From positions 1 to 64,000 of the IMG/VR virus record IMGVR_UViG_2639762957_000001: DNA of 64,000 nt; one strand, written 5' to 3'. This document shows positions 1-9,083 of this stretch, one piece after another; position 1 is the stretch's first letter; every line of letters starts with the position of its first letter. The notes beneath the pieces were generated by a model, which worked only from the letters and a program-made list of their open reading frames with translations, was not told the DNA's origin and searched no databases. The translations under genes and the position numbers were made by a program. The DNA is from a virus. Lineage: Duplodnaviria > Caudoviricetes.

Positions 1-387
1 TCACTCCTCTTCAGAATCACGCAGTTTGTTATCTTTCAAATCCAGGTATAACGAGATCCACTCTTTGACGAAGTGGACTTCCTGGTCATCCATTTCATCG
101 GTGGCTGCCGTAATGAATTCGACATCGCGGCGGCGCTGGGCGCGGGATGTTTCCCTCTGCTTCTCTGCTGTCGAAGAATCAGCGCCTTCCATAATCCATT
201 TAATGGGGAATCCCAGGTCGGATAAGGACTGCACGACCTCCAGCTTCGGCTTGCGCCGCCCCGTTTCGATGCTGGACAGGTACGCCTGGCTGATGCCAAG
301 CAGATTGGCGAAATCGCACTGGTTCATTCCTTTCGATTTCCGGACGATACGGAACCGGGTGCCAATGCTTTCTTTTTTCTCTTCCAT
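1..387 (-). CDS. XRE-family HTH transcriptional regulator
   Basis: RKSKGMNQCDFANLLGISQAYLSSIETGRRKP HTH_3 signature; divergent from topB. Confidence 0.85.
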   Translation of the reverse strand: MEEKKESIGTRFRIVRKSKGMNQCDFANLLGISQAYLSSIETGRRKPKLEVVQSLSDLGFPIKWIMEGADSSTAEKQRETSRAQRRRDVEFITAATDEMDDQEVHFVKEWISLYLDLKDNKLRDSEEE

Positions 388-472
388 AGTGAAGTCTCCT
401 TTTATCAGACATTGATTATTTTATTTAGAATATCCACAACATTATTTTATCACATATAAAATAAAAAAGGAA

Positions 473-2665
473 GTGTTATTTCATATGACAACGCTTTATA
501 TTGCAGAAAAACCGGATATCGGCAAAGCCATTGCCACGTATTTATGGCCCGACGGCAGTGCCAAACGGGAAAAGAACTATATCGAAAAAGGCGATACTAT
601 CGTAGCCTGGGCTGCCGGGCATATCCTGCGCCAGGCTATGCCCGAAGAATACGATCCGGAATACAAGAGCTGGAACCATTACGAAATATTTCCGAAAGAC
701 TGGAAGCTCCTGCCCTCAGCCGATAAGAAAGACCTCCTGTCAGGCCTGGGAAAGCTCCTCAAGAAAGCCGACGTCGTCATCCATGCCGGTGACCCGGACC
801 GGGAAGGCCAGCTGCTCATCGATGAAATATTGAAATATTACAATTATCACGGAAAAGTTAAACGTCTCCTCATCAATGCCAAAGATGACGTCAGCATGAA
901 ACGGGCCTTCGATTCCATCGAGGACAACGAGAAATACCAGCCGTTGTATGAAGCCGGTCTTGCCCGTGAACGGGCCGACTGGCTCGTCGGCATCAACCTG
1001 AGCCGGGCCTATACCAAGAATGCCCGTAAACACGGCTATGACGCGACATTGAGGGTAGGCCGGGTACTCATTCCTACGCTGGCCCTTGTCGTCCGTCGTG
1101 AGGCCGAAATCAAGGATTTCCACAGTAAGGATTTCTACGAACTCGTCGGCACATTCTTGAAGGACAATATCCCCTTCAAGGCAAAACTCGTTCCAGACGA
1201 TACGCTGGCCGTCGATGAGGAAGGCCGTATCCTTCAGCCGGAAATATTGGAAGCCATCAAGGAAAAAGTCCGGACTGCCAAAGCTATCATCAGTGACATC
1301 GACAGCAAAAAGGGCAGCCGCCAGCCGCCGCTTCCCCATTCCCTCGATACCCTGCAGGTCCTGGCCAACAAGAAATACGACTACTCGCCAAAGAAGGTAC
1401 TTGATATGGTACAGTCCCTTTACGAAAAGAAGTACGTATCCTACCCACGCAGTGACTGCAATTATATCCCCGCATCCCAGAAGGAGGATGCCAGCCGCAT
1501 CATTCCGATGCTGCAGAACTTCGGCCTTCCGGCAGCCGTCATGGCTGATCTGTCTTTAACCTCTAAGGCATGGAATGACAGCAAGGTCACAGCCCATCAT
1601 GCCATCATCCCGACTGGCATCGAACCGCAAGATTTGAGCGATGAAGAAAGTAGAATCTATGAACTGATTGCCACGCGATATTGCTTGCAGTTCTATAAAC
1701 CTTGGACCTTCGAAAAAGTATCTTTCCTGATACAGGCTGCCGGGACTACTTTCAAGGGCAGCGGCACGATCACCAAAGAAAAGGGATTCAAAGCAGTCAG
1801 CGACGACATGGACGACAAGAAAGATAAAGACAACGTTGTCCTGCCAGCTCTCAAGAACGGCGATGAAGTCGCCGTCCGGCAGTATGAAATCCTGAAGAAA
1901 AAGACGAAGCCGCCTCAGCGCTTCACCGAAGGGACCCTCTTGTCCGCTATGACCAATATCTGGAAATTCGTCGCTCCAGACAATCCGAACCGGGATAAGC
2001 TGAAGGAAATCAGTGGCATCGGAACCCCGGCGACACGGGACAGTATCATTTCTGGCCTGCTGATGGCAAAGAGCAAAGGCCACGCCGTTGAACCGTATCT
2101 TTGCAAAAAAGGAAAGGAACTCGTTCCGACGGATACCGGCAAATCCCTCATTTCCATCATTGACCCGTCTCTGACCCAGCCGGACACGACAGCCGTCATG
2201 GAACTGGCCCTGGCTGAAATCGCTCAGGGGAAAGGCAGCTGGCAGAAATACATCGATTCTGTCATCGCCATGGTCGAAGAGAATGTACACAGGGCTGAAA
2301 CCTTTAAATATCCAGCCCCGCCGGCAGGCAAGGATGCCGTCCCCTGCCCTATCTGCCAGGAAGGCCATCTCGTCCGTCATCACAGCAAAGCCAAGGATTT
2401 CGATTTCTGGATCTGCTCCAATGAGGACTGCAAGTCCCCGGTGACAGGTAAGAAAGTCTATTACAGCGACCATGACGGTAAGCCGGTCGTCGCCTTCTGC
2501 CCCCATGATGCCGGCGTCCCGCTGGCCCGGTGGAAAGGGAAATTCGGTTATTTCTGGAAATGTCCGAAATGTAATGCCACTTTCAACGAAAAGGATGGCC
2601 AGCCAGATTTTACGCCGAAAAAGAAAAAAGGCCCGGCAAAACCAAAAAATGGTAGTGCTTATTAA
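473..2665 (+). CDS. topB: DNA topoisomerase III (type IA), mobile-element type, with C-terminal Zn ribbons
   Basis: IAEKP, DPDREGQL, catalytic YPRSD, GIGTPATR motifs; likely start ATG 485. Confidence 0.95.
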   Translation: MLFHMTTLYIAEKPDIGKAIATYLWPDGSAKREKNYIEKGDTIVAWAAGHILRQAMPEEYDPEYKSWNHYEIFPKDWKLLPSADKKDLLSGLGKLLKKADVVIHAGDPDREGQLLIDEILKYYNYHGKVKRLLINAKDDVSMKRAFDSIEDNEKYQPLYEAGLARERADWLVGINLSRAYTKNARKHGYDATLRVGRVLIPTLALVVRREAEIKDFHSKDFYELVGTFLKDNIPFKAKLVPDDTLAVDEEGRILQPEILEAIKEKVRTAKAIISDIDSKKGSRQPPLPHSLDTLQVLANKKYDYSPKKVLDMVQSLYEKKYVSYPRSDCNYIPASQKEDASRIIPMLQNFGLPAAVMADLSLTSKAWNDSKVTAHHAIIPTGIEPQDLSDEESRIYELIATRYCLQFYKPWTFEKVSFLIQAAGTTFKGSGTITKEKGFKAVSDDMDDKKDKDNVVLPALKNGDEVAVRQYEILKKKTKPPQRFTEGTLLSAMTNIWKFVAPDNPNRDKLKEISGIGTPATRDSIISGLLMAKSKGHAVEPYLCKKGKELVPTDTGKSLISIIDPSLTQPDTTAVMELALAEIAQGKGSWQKYIDSVIAMVEENVHRAETFKYPAPPAGKDAVPCPICQEGHLVRHHSKAKDFDFWICSNEDCKSPVTGKKVYYSDHDGKPVVAFCPHDAGVPLARWKGKFGYFWKCPKCNATFNEKDGQPDFTPKKKKGPAKPKNGSAY

Positions 2666-2737
2666 TCCCTAATCGGGCTTATTCATTCCTAATAAGACTG
2701 AATAATGCTTAATAGGTCTTAATAAGCCCTGTTAGGA
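2658..2737. repeat. Phased 10-bp repeat array (CYTAWTARG-N), ~8 units
   Basis: CTTATTAATC/CCTAATCGGG/CTTATTCATT/CCTAATAAGA/CTGAATAATG/CTTAATAGGT/CTTAATAAGC/CCTGTTAGGA. Confidence 0.8.
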
Positions 2738-2750
2738 ACGGATAGCCCTG

Positions 2751-3470
2751 ATGCTTCATCAGAAAGGAGCGATGGATATGTATGATGATGACGATGATAA
2801 GAAAATCGATCATGACGATGCAGCCGAACCAGTCATCCCGGAGGAAGCCGTCCAGCCGGAAAAAGAGGAAGATACTCCAGATGACCCGGAAGAAGAAATG
2901 AGGAAGCCTGAATCCCCCGATTCCGATGAATCCAGCGGAACCAGCCAGGAAGAGGCAAGGGAAGACCCGCAGGAAGAAGATGCTGCCGATGAAACCAGTT
3001 CTCCGGATACCCTGAAACATTTCGACGCCTTGCTGACGCAGTTCAATGAGTCCCTAATCCGGTTCAACGAATCATTAGACCGTTTCAATACATTATCTCA
3101 AAAGATTACGGCAGACCTGCCACAGGTCGTCGATGCCTCGTCAAAACTGGGACAGCACCTGCAAGCCATCGAAGATGCCGTGCAGGAAGAGAATCAGCTC
3201 CGGTCCGACATCCGGCAGTGTACGCACTGGCTGGAAAACACGAACAAACATTATACGGAAATCATGACAGCCATGCCGAATCAGATCTATACTCTTTATC
3301 TGGGACAAGCTAAGAAATATGAAGCAAAATTCCAGAAAACCTTTCATAGCCTCGATGAGATGATCAAAGCTGAAATGGAAGGTGTCAAACCGCCATCAAA
3401 AATTAGTTACCCGGCTATGGCAGTCATGGCTGTCATACAGGCGTTCTTCATCATCTACATGCTTCGATGA
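2751..3470 (+). CDS. Hypothetical protein: acidic N-terminus, coiled coil, C-terminal TM anchor
   Basis: ORF track; RBS AAAGGAG before ATG ~2772; hydrophobic C-terminus. Confidence 0.75.
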   Translation: MLHQKGAMDMYDDDDDKKIDHDDAAEPVIPEEAVQPEKEEDTPDDPEEEMRKPESPDSDESSGTSQEEAREDPQEEDAADETSSPDTLKHFDALLTQFNESLIRFNESLDRFNTLSQKITADLPQVVDASSKLGQHLQAIEDAVQEENQLRSDIRQCTHWLENTNKHYTEIMTAMPNQIYTLYLGQAKKYEAKFQKTFHSLDEMIKAEMEGVKPPSKISYPAMAVMAVIQAFFIIYMLR

Positions 3471-3844
3471 AAGGGGGCTTGGAATTGGAAACAGAAGACA
3501 AGAAACGGCAGCTGCGAAATAAGCAGGATATGTCCTATATCCGGGACAATATGCCGGACATCTGGCATATGATCGTGTCGACCCGCTGCTGTCCCATCCA
3601 TTTAGGACTGCAGAAATACTGCTCCCTGGTCATACCTGATGAAGAAGGCCAGACCTGTGAAGACTGCTGGAGCCAGGCCATCCAGATTGATAATCCCGTG
3701 CTGATTGTCAAGGGCATGTATTACTGTCCTGCCTGCCATAAGCCGCTGACCGTCGTTAAAATCGAGAATGGCCAGCAGCAGTGGCGATGCGATGCCTGCC
3801 ATAAGACATATGTCGTACCGACGGCTACCGCAGAAACACCTTGA
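3467..3844 (+). CDS. Cys-rich Zn-ribbon hypothetical protein
   Basis: CPACH and CDACH pairs; ATGA overlap with upstream gene. Confidence 0.7.
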   Translation: MKGGLELETEDKKRQLRNKQDMSYIRDNMPDIWHMIVSTRCCPIHLGLQKYCSLVIPDEEGQTCEDCWSQAIQIDNPVLIVKGMYYCPACHKPLTVVKIENGQQQWRCDACHKTYVVPTATAETP

Positions 3845-3871
3845 GTATTATGGCTTTTTACCGCTGCTTCA

Positions 3872-3903
3872 CCCCTGCCGGAAATCCGGCAGGGGCTTTT
3901 TTT
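3872..3903 (+). terminator. Intrinsic terminator between convergent units
   Basis: CCCCTGCCGG-AAAT-CCGGCAGGGG followed by T tract. Confidence 0.75.
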
Positions 3904-4171
3904 ATTTGCGGATGACGATTTTCTGCCCCGGCGTCAAGGTGCCGTTTTGGATTTGGTTATCCGATTCAATGGCATAGACGACGGAACGGATGTCTGTACG
4001 GTTGTCGCTGTGCCTGCCGGCGATGTCCCATACGGTATCGCCTTCCTGTACTTCATACGTCATGGTCTGGGCAGGCGGTTCAGCCATACGCTTTTGGATT
4101 TCATCGGCAATGTTGTAATGACTGGTTACGACAACAGCCAATGCGGCGAATAAAAAGATACCGGTCTTCAT
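3902..4171 (-). CDS. TM + LysM protein, YneA-like
   Basis: N-terminal hydrophobic helix; YEVQEGDTVWDIA...LTPGQKIVI LysM motif. Confidence 0.8.
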   Translation of the reverse strand: MKTGIFLFAALAVVVTSHYNIADEIQKRMAEPPAQTMTYEVQEGDTVWDIAGRHSDNRTDIRSVVYAIESDNQIQNGTLTPGQKIVIRK

Positions 4172-4186
4172 GATGTCAGCCCCTTC

Positions 4187-4633
4187 CTACATCGTGCGGA
4201 TAATACCGCCGCCAACGGCTTTGATACCGATATGGCCAAATTCAGATAAATCCGGAGCTGTCGCATTGCAGACATACACGACAGGGAAACCATCTTGAAG
4301 GTCCATCCGGTCAGCTTCCCATTCGTCGCTGTATCGGGAAACATACAGCATGTCATAACATTCCCCAAATTCAAAACTTTCATGAGTCATGTGGTAAACA
4401 TAAATATCCCATTCTTTTTCAATCTGCGCTACCATCTGCTTTTCTTCATCATTAAGCCAGAACAGCGCACCTATCATGTGTTTGCCAAACGGGGAGACAA
4501 TACGTGTGCGGTCACTCCGGTTGAGCCGCCCTTCTTCAATGAAATCCTGTACCGCATTGGGATGCAGGTTCAGCATCTTGATGCGTCGTTCGGCTTCTTT
4601 CTTCATGGCTTCTCTCGTAATCTGTTCATTCAT
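4187..4633 (-). CDS. Hypothetical protein
   Basis: ORF with RBS AAAGGAG, directly downstream of hairpin 1. Confidence 0.75.
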   Translation of the reverse strand: MNEQITREAMKKEAERRIKMLNLHPNAVQDFIEEGRLNRSDRTRIVSPFGKHMIGALFWLNDEEKQMVAQIEKEWDIYVYHMTHESFEFGECYDMLYVSRYSDEWEADRMDLQDGFPVVYVCNATAPDLSEFGHIGIKAVGGGIIRTM

Positions 4634-4674
4634 AGTGAGGACTCCTTTCTCTAATCCTGTTCTCTGAAGGTCCT

Positions 4675-4784
4675 GCCTTCGGCATCTCCCCTTGAACCAC
4701 CATAGGGCTTGACGTCAAGTGAGGAGTCCGCAGGAAGCTCCTTGACGTCAAGCCCTATGGTGGTTATCCTTGCGCCGCGAAGGC
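4675..4784 (+). promoter_or_regulatory. Putative ssDNA (Frpo-like) promoter hairpin 1
   Basis: Long inverted repeat; 3' arm TTGACG(4742)-17-TATCCT(4765); 5' arm mismatched opposite -10; outer stem GCCTTCG/CGAAGGC. Confidence 0.7.
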
Positions 4785-4855
4785 AAAAGATTTCTGCTTT
4801 TTATTAAGGCTTTTTTCGCTGTCATAGGGAACGCTGGCTGCGTTCCCTGGTCATC

Positions 4856-5512
4856 TTAGATGTACCCTCTTTCGCAAAGGCTGACGTATGTTCCGTCTCC
4901 TATGATAATATGGTCAAGGATAGGGATTTCCATTATCTGCCCTTCATCGGCAATGCGCTGGGTTACGGCTATGTCCTCATGGCTTGGTTCAGGATTGCCC
5001 GACGGGTGGTTATGGGCAAGGATAATAGCGGCGGCATTGTAGCGCAGGGCGTATTTCAAAACGTCCCGGCCTTTGGCAATGCTGGCGTTAATAGAACCTT
5101 TGCTAAGGGTCTGCACAGCAATCAGCTGATTCTTTGTTGTAAGGTAGACGGCACGGAATTCTTCTTGCGATAAGAACCGCATGTCTTCCATGAGATACGA
5201 GGCAACATTTTCGGGACTGCTGAAATCGGGGGCATTGAGCTTCACTGACGATTGGCGGATACGTTTCCCCAGTTCGATGGCCGCACATAAGGCCAGGGCG
5301 CTCTTTTCCCCTACGCCGTAAATGGCTTCCAAATCCTGTACACACGTTTCCCCTAAATAATACAGGTTCTGCCGTGGCAGGGATTCCATGACCTTATCAG
5401 CCACTTCAACGGCCGTGCGGTCTTTGACCCGTTTACCGATGATAAGGGAAATCAGTTCGCTATCTGTCAAGGTGTTGCTTCCGTATGTCTTCATTTTTTC
5501 CTGTACCTTCAT
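4856..5512 (-). CDS. radC: RadC/JAB-domain protein
   Basis: ILAHNHPSGNPEPSHED and LDHIIIG motifs. Confidence 0.93.
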   Translation of the reverse strand: MKVQEKMKTYGSNTLTDSELISLIIGKRVKDRTAVEVADKVMESLPRQNLYYLGETCVQDLEAIYGVGEKSALALCAAIELGKRIRQSSVKLNAPDFSSPENVASYLMEDMRFLSQEEFRAVYLTTKNQLIAVQTLSKGSINASIAKGRDVLKYALRYNAAAIILAHNHPSGNPEPSHEDIAVTQRIADEGQIMEIPILDHIIIGDGTYVSLCERGYI

Positions 5513-5547
5513 GATGGACTCCTCCTCGAATGTGTTCCTGTTGTCCA

Positions 5548-5671
5548 GGCTACTCCTGGGATGTCCATCCCAAAACCGGTATGGCCGTCATCCGTCAAGC
5601 GAGGAGTCCCGCAGGGAAGCTCCTTGACGGATGACGATCATGCCGGTTATACTCTTGGCCACCAGGAGGCC
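5548..5671 (+). promoter_or_regulatory. Putative ssDNA promoter hairpin 2
   Basis: TTGACG(5624)-18-TATACT(5648) in 3' arm; conserved GAGGAGTCCC..GGGAAGCTCC loop. Confidence 0.7.
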
Positions 5672-5686
5672 GAGAGTTTTTGACTT

Positions 5687-5746
5687 TTTATTAAGGCTTA
5701 TTCGGACTTAATAAGCCCTAATAGGTCTTATTAAGTCTTCATAGAC
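5687..5746. repeat. Phased 10-bp repeat array (CYTAWTARG-N)
   Basis: TTTATTAAGG/CTTATTCGGA/CTTAATAAGC/CCTAATAGGT/CTTATTAAGT/CTTCATAGAC. Confidence 0.8.
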
Positions 5747-5797
5747 AAAAAAAGAACCACCGCAACAACCGGATGATTGTTGCAGTGGCTCTTGACC

Positions 5798-6052
5798 TCA
5801 TTCATAATGTGTCCAACATGACAGCAGTTTTATTTTTTGTTCATCAATATTCACATTATATACTAATCGATGTTGAATATTGATTCTCAAGGAATACCTG
5901 TTTTTCCATTTAGGTTCTAGTTTTTCAGCATGGTAAAAAGGATTTTCATATAAGCCATTAATGAGTTTCTTTAATTTTCTAACCATAGACGGATATTGTT
6001 TCAACTTCATGTAATCCTTTTGAAATTCTCGTGTATACTCAATTTTATACAT
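5798..6052 (-). CDS. Txe/YoeB-family toxin
   Basis: YSLRINIQHRLVY and CWTHYE motifs. Confidence 0.9.
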   Translation of the reverse strand: MYKIEYTREFQKDYMKLKQYPSMVRKLKKLINGLYENPFYHAEKLEPKWKNRYSLRINIQHRLVYNVNIDEQKIKLLSCWTHYE

Positions 6053-6302
6053 CTGGTATATCCTCTAAGGAAGTAAAAGGGATTCCTTCTTCTTTTTCCG
6101 CACGGTCTAATTTTTCCGCCATGCCAGGTACACCGTATACATGTAGCGTTTCCATTAAAGAATCATAATCGGCCTTGCCTAAAATGACTACATCATCAAG
6201 AGAATCTTTATTCGTAGCAATGACGGGAACACTGTCTTCATTGACTTCCTTGGCAATTTTAAAGAAATCTTTTCTTGCTTTTGTTTGGCTCATGATTTTC
6301 AT
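6045..6302 (-). CDS. Phd/YefM-family antitoxin
   Basis: TKARKDFFKI...DYDSLMETLH; overlaps toxin start. Confidence 0.9.
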   Translation of the reverse strand: MKIMSQTKARKDFFKIAKEVNEDSVPVIATNKDSLDDVVILGKADYDSLMETLHVYGVPGMAEKLDRAEKEEGIPFTSLEDIPDV

Positions 6303-6330
6303 GTTTATCCCCTCCTTAATTTATTTTATC

Positions 6331-6370
6331 ATCCGTGTACATGTACGTCAATAAGTACATGTACACGGAT
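6331..6370. promoter_or_regulatory. TA operator palindrome
   Basis: ATCCGTGTACATGTAC-N8-GTACATGTACACGGAT containing TGTACA cores typical of YefM-family operators. Confidence 0.7.
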
Positions 6371-6376
6371 GTGTTT

Positions 6377-6721
6377 TTAGGCATCTTTTTCTTTCTTTTC
6401 TTTCGGACGTTTCCGTTCACAGAATTCAAAATCTTCTAACAGAATACGCCAGTATTCATGCTTACTGCCTTCGGCATCAGTATAAGAAACGAAATCCATG
6501 TGACCGTCTACCTTGATTTTATCGCCTTTGCTGAAATGGTCTGCAATGACTTCCGCCTTCTTGCCGAAGGCCGTGACCATGAAGAACTGCGGTTCCTTTT
6601 CCTTGGTCTTGAAGTTATAGCGGTTCTCTGCAATCGTGAACAGCGCAATGGCTTTCTGATTTGATGTAAACCGAACTTCTACGTCTTTGACTAAATTACC
6701 CATTACATCAATGTGATTCAT
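6377..6721 (-). CDS. ssb: Single-stranded DNA-binding protein (short, no acidic DIPF tail)
   Basis: MGNLVKDVEVRFT...AFGKKAE..FSKGDKIKVDG OB-fold. Confidence 0.9.
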   Translation of the reverse strand: MNHIDVMGNLVKDVEVRFTSNQKAIALFTIAENRYNFKTKEKEPQFFMVTAFGKKAEVIADHFSKGDKIKVDGHMDFVSYTDAEGSKHEYWRILLEDFEFCERKRPKEKKEKDA

Positions 6722-6766
6722 ACGTCATCTCTCCTTTGCAGTCATAACTGTTTTCCCGAAGGATCT

Positions 6767-6880
6767 GCCTTCGGCATGTATCTCATAACCGCCATGGCAA
6801 TCTGCCGTCAAGCGAGGAGTCCCAGCGGGAAGCTCCTTGACGGCAGATGGTTATGGCGGTTATCCTTGTCATGCGAAGGC
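6767..6880 (+). promoter_or_regulatory. Putative ssDNA promoter hairpin 3 (upstream of ssb)
   Basis: TTGACG(6837)-18-TATCCT(6861); same loop and outer stem as hairpin 1. Confidence 0.7.
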
Positions 6881-6896
6881 TATGGCATTAGTTCTT

Positions 6897-6956
6897 TTTA
6901 TTAAGGCTTTTTAGGTCTTAATAAGCCCTAATAAGTCTTATTAAGGCCAAATAGAG
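6897..6956. repeat. Phased 10-bp repeat array (CYTAWTARG-N)
   Basis: TTTATTAAGG/CTTTTTAGGT/CTTAATAAGC/CCTAATAAGT/CTTATTAAGG. Confidence 0.8.
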
Positions 6957-6998
6957 TCAAAAAAAGGACCCGCATGATGACGGGTCCTTACTAAAACC

Positions 6999-7334
6999 TT
7001 ATTTCAAATGATATTCTCGCAGTAATTTTTCCTGATACTCATTATCCTGCAAGACACGGTCGACTTCTTCTTGCCGTCCTTCCTGCAATAGCTTTTGAAG
7101 CAGGATACTGAGAGCCTGTCTTCCTGTTTTATCCCCGCGTTCCTGACCAATCTTTTCGCCACGTTCCTGGCCAATCTTTTCACCACGTTCCTGCCCTGCT
7201 TTTTCCCGGCTGTAAAGGGCCGAAGCGATGTCGCGCATGGTACGTTCATGTTCCCAATAAGCTGATTTCAGCTTGTTATTCGTGGCAAACTGTTTTTCGT
7301 AATCCATAGCTTCCTTGATAGCTGTATCACTCAT
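6999..7334 (-). CDS. Putative intragenic small protein (RpnS-like antitoxin), in frame within rpn
   Basis: Internal AAGGAGG RBS 8-9 nt before in-frame ATG (MSDTAIKEAM...). Confidence 0.55.
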   Translation of the reverse strand: MSDTAIKEAMDYEKQFATNNKLKSAYWEHERTMRDIASALYSREKAGQERGEKIGQERGEKIGQERGDKTGRQALSILLQKLLQEGRQEEVDRVLQDNEYQEKLLREYHLK

Positions 7335-7934
7335 AGCTAAAGCCCTCCTTTCCTGGTCACTGAAATTAGGTGAGAAATAGGCAATCCATCGTTCTGAACG
7401 TTTCAGCTTCTTGATGTCGCTGATGTGGATTTTCTTGAGTTCGATGAAATGCATTTCCAAATGATTCGTCAAAATATCATGCGTATCATCATTCATGATA
7501 TGATACGTGTTAGCATACGTCTGGTATTGTGGGAACTGGTTGAAATCCAACAGATTGATGGTGATGACTGGACGAAGGTCTGCGTATAAATCGCCCTTTT
7601 CCAGCTCACGGCTGTATATACGTCCCCAGTAATACAAAGAACGATTGACCATGTATTCATCGAGGAGCACTTGTACTTCAACATGTACCCGTGTCCCATC
7701 ACCCATTTCTACCAGGACATCGAGGAAAGAACGTTTCCCATCAATCTGCGGCGGAACGATTTCCTTATCCGAAAAAGTGACCGATGTAAAAGCATTACTT
7801 CCTTCCCGGTTCAGAATAGCATTGATGAAATTCAAAGTCAGCGTCTTCCGCTCTTCTGAGCCTAACAAGGCTTTGAAGAATACATCGTTAAGGCGGTTCA
7901 AATGGATAATATCAGGAATATCAGACGTTGGCAT
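6999..7934 (-). CDS. Rpn-family (PD-(D/E)XK transposase-like) nuclease
   Basis: NDVFFKALLG, LDVLVEMGDGTRVHVEVQ, RSLYYW, HFIEL; C-terminal GQERGEKI repeats; start MPTSD after GGAGAGG. Confidence 0.9.
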   Translation of the reverse strand: MPTSDIPDIIHLNRLNDVFFKALLGSEERKTLTLNFINAILNREGSNAFTSVTFSDKEIVPPQIDGKRSFLDVLVEMGDGTRVHVEVQVLLDEYMVNRSLYYWGRIYSRELEKGDLYADLRPVITINLLDFNQFPQYQTYANTYHIMNDDTHDILTNHLEMHFIELKKIHISDIKKLKRSERWIAYFSPNFSDQERRALAMSDTAIKEAMDYEKQFATNNKLKSAYWEHERTMRDIASALYSREKAGQERGEKIGQERGEKIGQERGDKTGRQALSILLQKLLQEGRQEEVDRVLQDNEYQEKLLREYHLK

Positions 7935-8072
7935 AATAATCACCTCTCCATTAATTTTATCATTGGCCTGTTGCAACGTCAATCAAGACCATCCCGTAAA
8001 AGGACAAGAGTCCATTCTAACTATTACATTCATGATAATCACCCCCGTTTCTTATCATTTCTCAAAGGACCT

Positions 8073-8187
8073 GCCTTCGGCATCGATTTTCAAACGGCAA
8101 GAGGTGTCAGCCGTCAATGGCAGGAGTCCCATCGGGAAGCTCCTTGACGGCTGGCACTTCTTGCAGTTACCCTGGCCGTGCGAAGGC
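8073..8187 (+). promoter_or_regulatory. Putative ssDNA promoter hairpin 4 (upstream of rpn)
   Basis: TTGACG(8144)-18-TACCCT(8168); conserved loop and outer stem. Confidence 0.65.
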
Positions 8188-8201
8188 TGCCTTTTTTCCT
8201 T

Positions 8202-8250
8202 CCTATTAAGGCTTATTAAGACCTAATAGGGCTTATTAGGGCTGAATGAG
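8202..8250. repeat. Phased 10-bp repeat array (CYTAWTARG-N)
   Basis: CCTATTAAGG/CTTATTAAGA/CCTAATAGGG/CTTATTAGGG/CTGAATGAG. Confidence 0.75.
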
Positions 8251-8336
8251 GCAGGAAAAACCGGAACGTGAGATCACGTTCCGGTTTCACTGGGATTTAT
8301 AAAAAAGAGAAAGGAGAGAAAGCAAGTTATTTTGAT

Positions 8337-8684
8337 CTACTGCGGTGTATCGAAAGCAGGAGCAGCCATGTAGTCATAGTTTTCGCTATAGACATGTCGG
8401 GAAGCTTCTTCTTTCATCTTCTGGGCTGTCTGCTGCTGGCAGGCTGCCAGCCATTCCTGCGGGGTATCGAAAGCCGGGGCAGCCAGGTAATCATAGTTTT
8501 CTCTATAGACATGCCGGGAAGCTTCTTCTTTCAGCTTCTGGGCTGTCTGCTGCTGGCTGGCAGCTAACCATTCCTGCGGAGTATCAAATGCCGGAGCAGC
8601 TGCGAAAGCGCCGCCAATGGAAAGGCTCATAGCCATAACGAGTAAACCAGCCATTTTCTTCATGTTCTTTTTCATCATTATCAT
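8337..8684 (-). CDS. Secreted protein with 39-aa tandem repeats
   Basis: Signal peptide ending AFA; AAPAFDTPQ occurs three times; two near-identical 117-bp units. Confidence 0.8.
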   Translation of the reverse strand: MIMMKKNMKKMAGLLVMAMSLSIGGAFAAAPAFDTPQEWLAASQQQTAQKLKEEASRHVYRENYDYLAAPAFDTPQEWLAACQQQTAQKMKEEASRHVYSENYDYMAAPAFDTPQ

Positions 8685-8718
8685 GCACTCCTTTAATTAA
8701 AAGTATAGTAAAGTATAG

Positions 8719-8925
8719 TTACTTCTTGCCATCATCAGGTATGAACAGGAAATCTCTCAATGGCATGTCGAGATATTCCGATAGGATTTGGATGTCCTTC
8801 ACTTTGAGCAGCTCCGGATTCCGTTCCAGTCTTCTATAGGTTTGGACAGTTACCCCCAGGATCTTTGCCATGTCACATTGTCTTTTTCCTCTCAACCTTC
8901 TTGCTTCTGCTAAGGATAACTTCAT
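8719..8925 (-). CDS. Cro-like small HTH protein
   Basis: MKLSLAEARRLRGKRQCDMAKILGVTVQTYRRLE; RBS GGAGGTGAGG. Confidence 0.8.
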   Translation of the reverse strand: MKLSLAEARRLRGKRQCDMAKILGVTVQTYRRLERNPELLKVKDIQILSEYLDMPLRDFLFIPDDGKK

Positions 8926-9083
8926 CGGTTTCCTCACCTCCTGTTGACTATACTTTACCATAGATTGCTATATTTTGCAATAGTAAAAGTATATTTTTCT
9001 ATGTTTTTAGGCAACTTTTTTATACTTCATGTTGAAAAAAATAGATATTAATAGTAATATTTTATATATAAGGAGGTGCTGCT

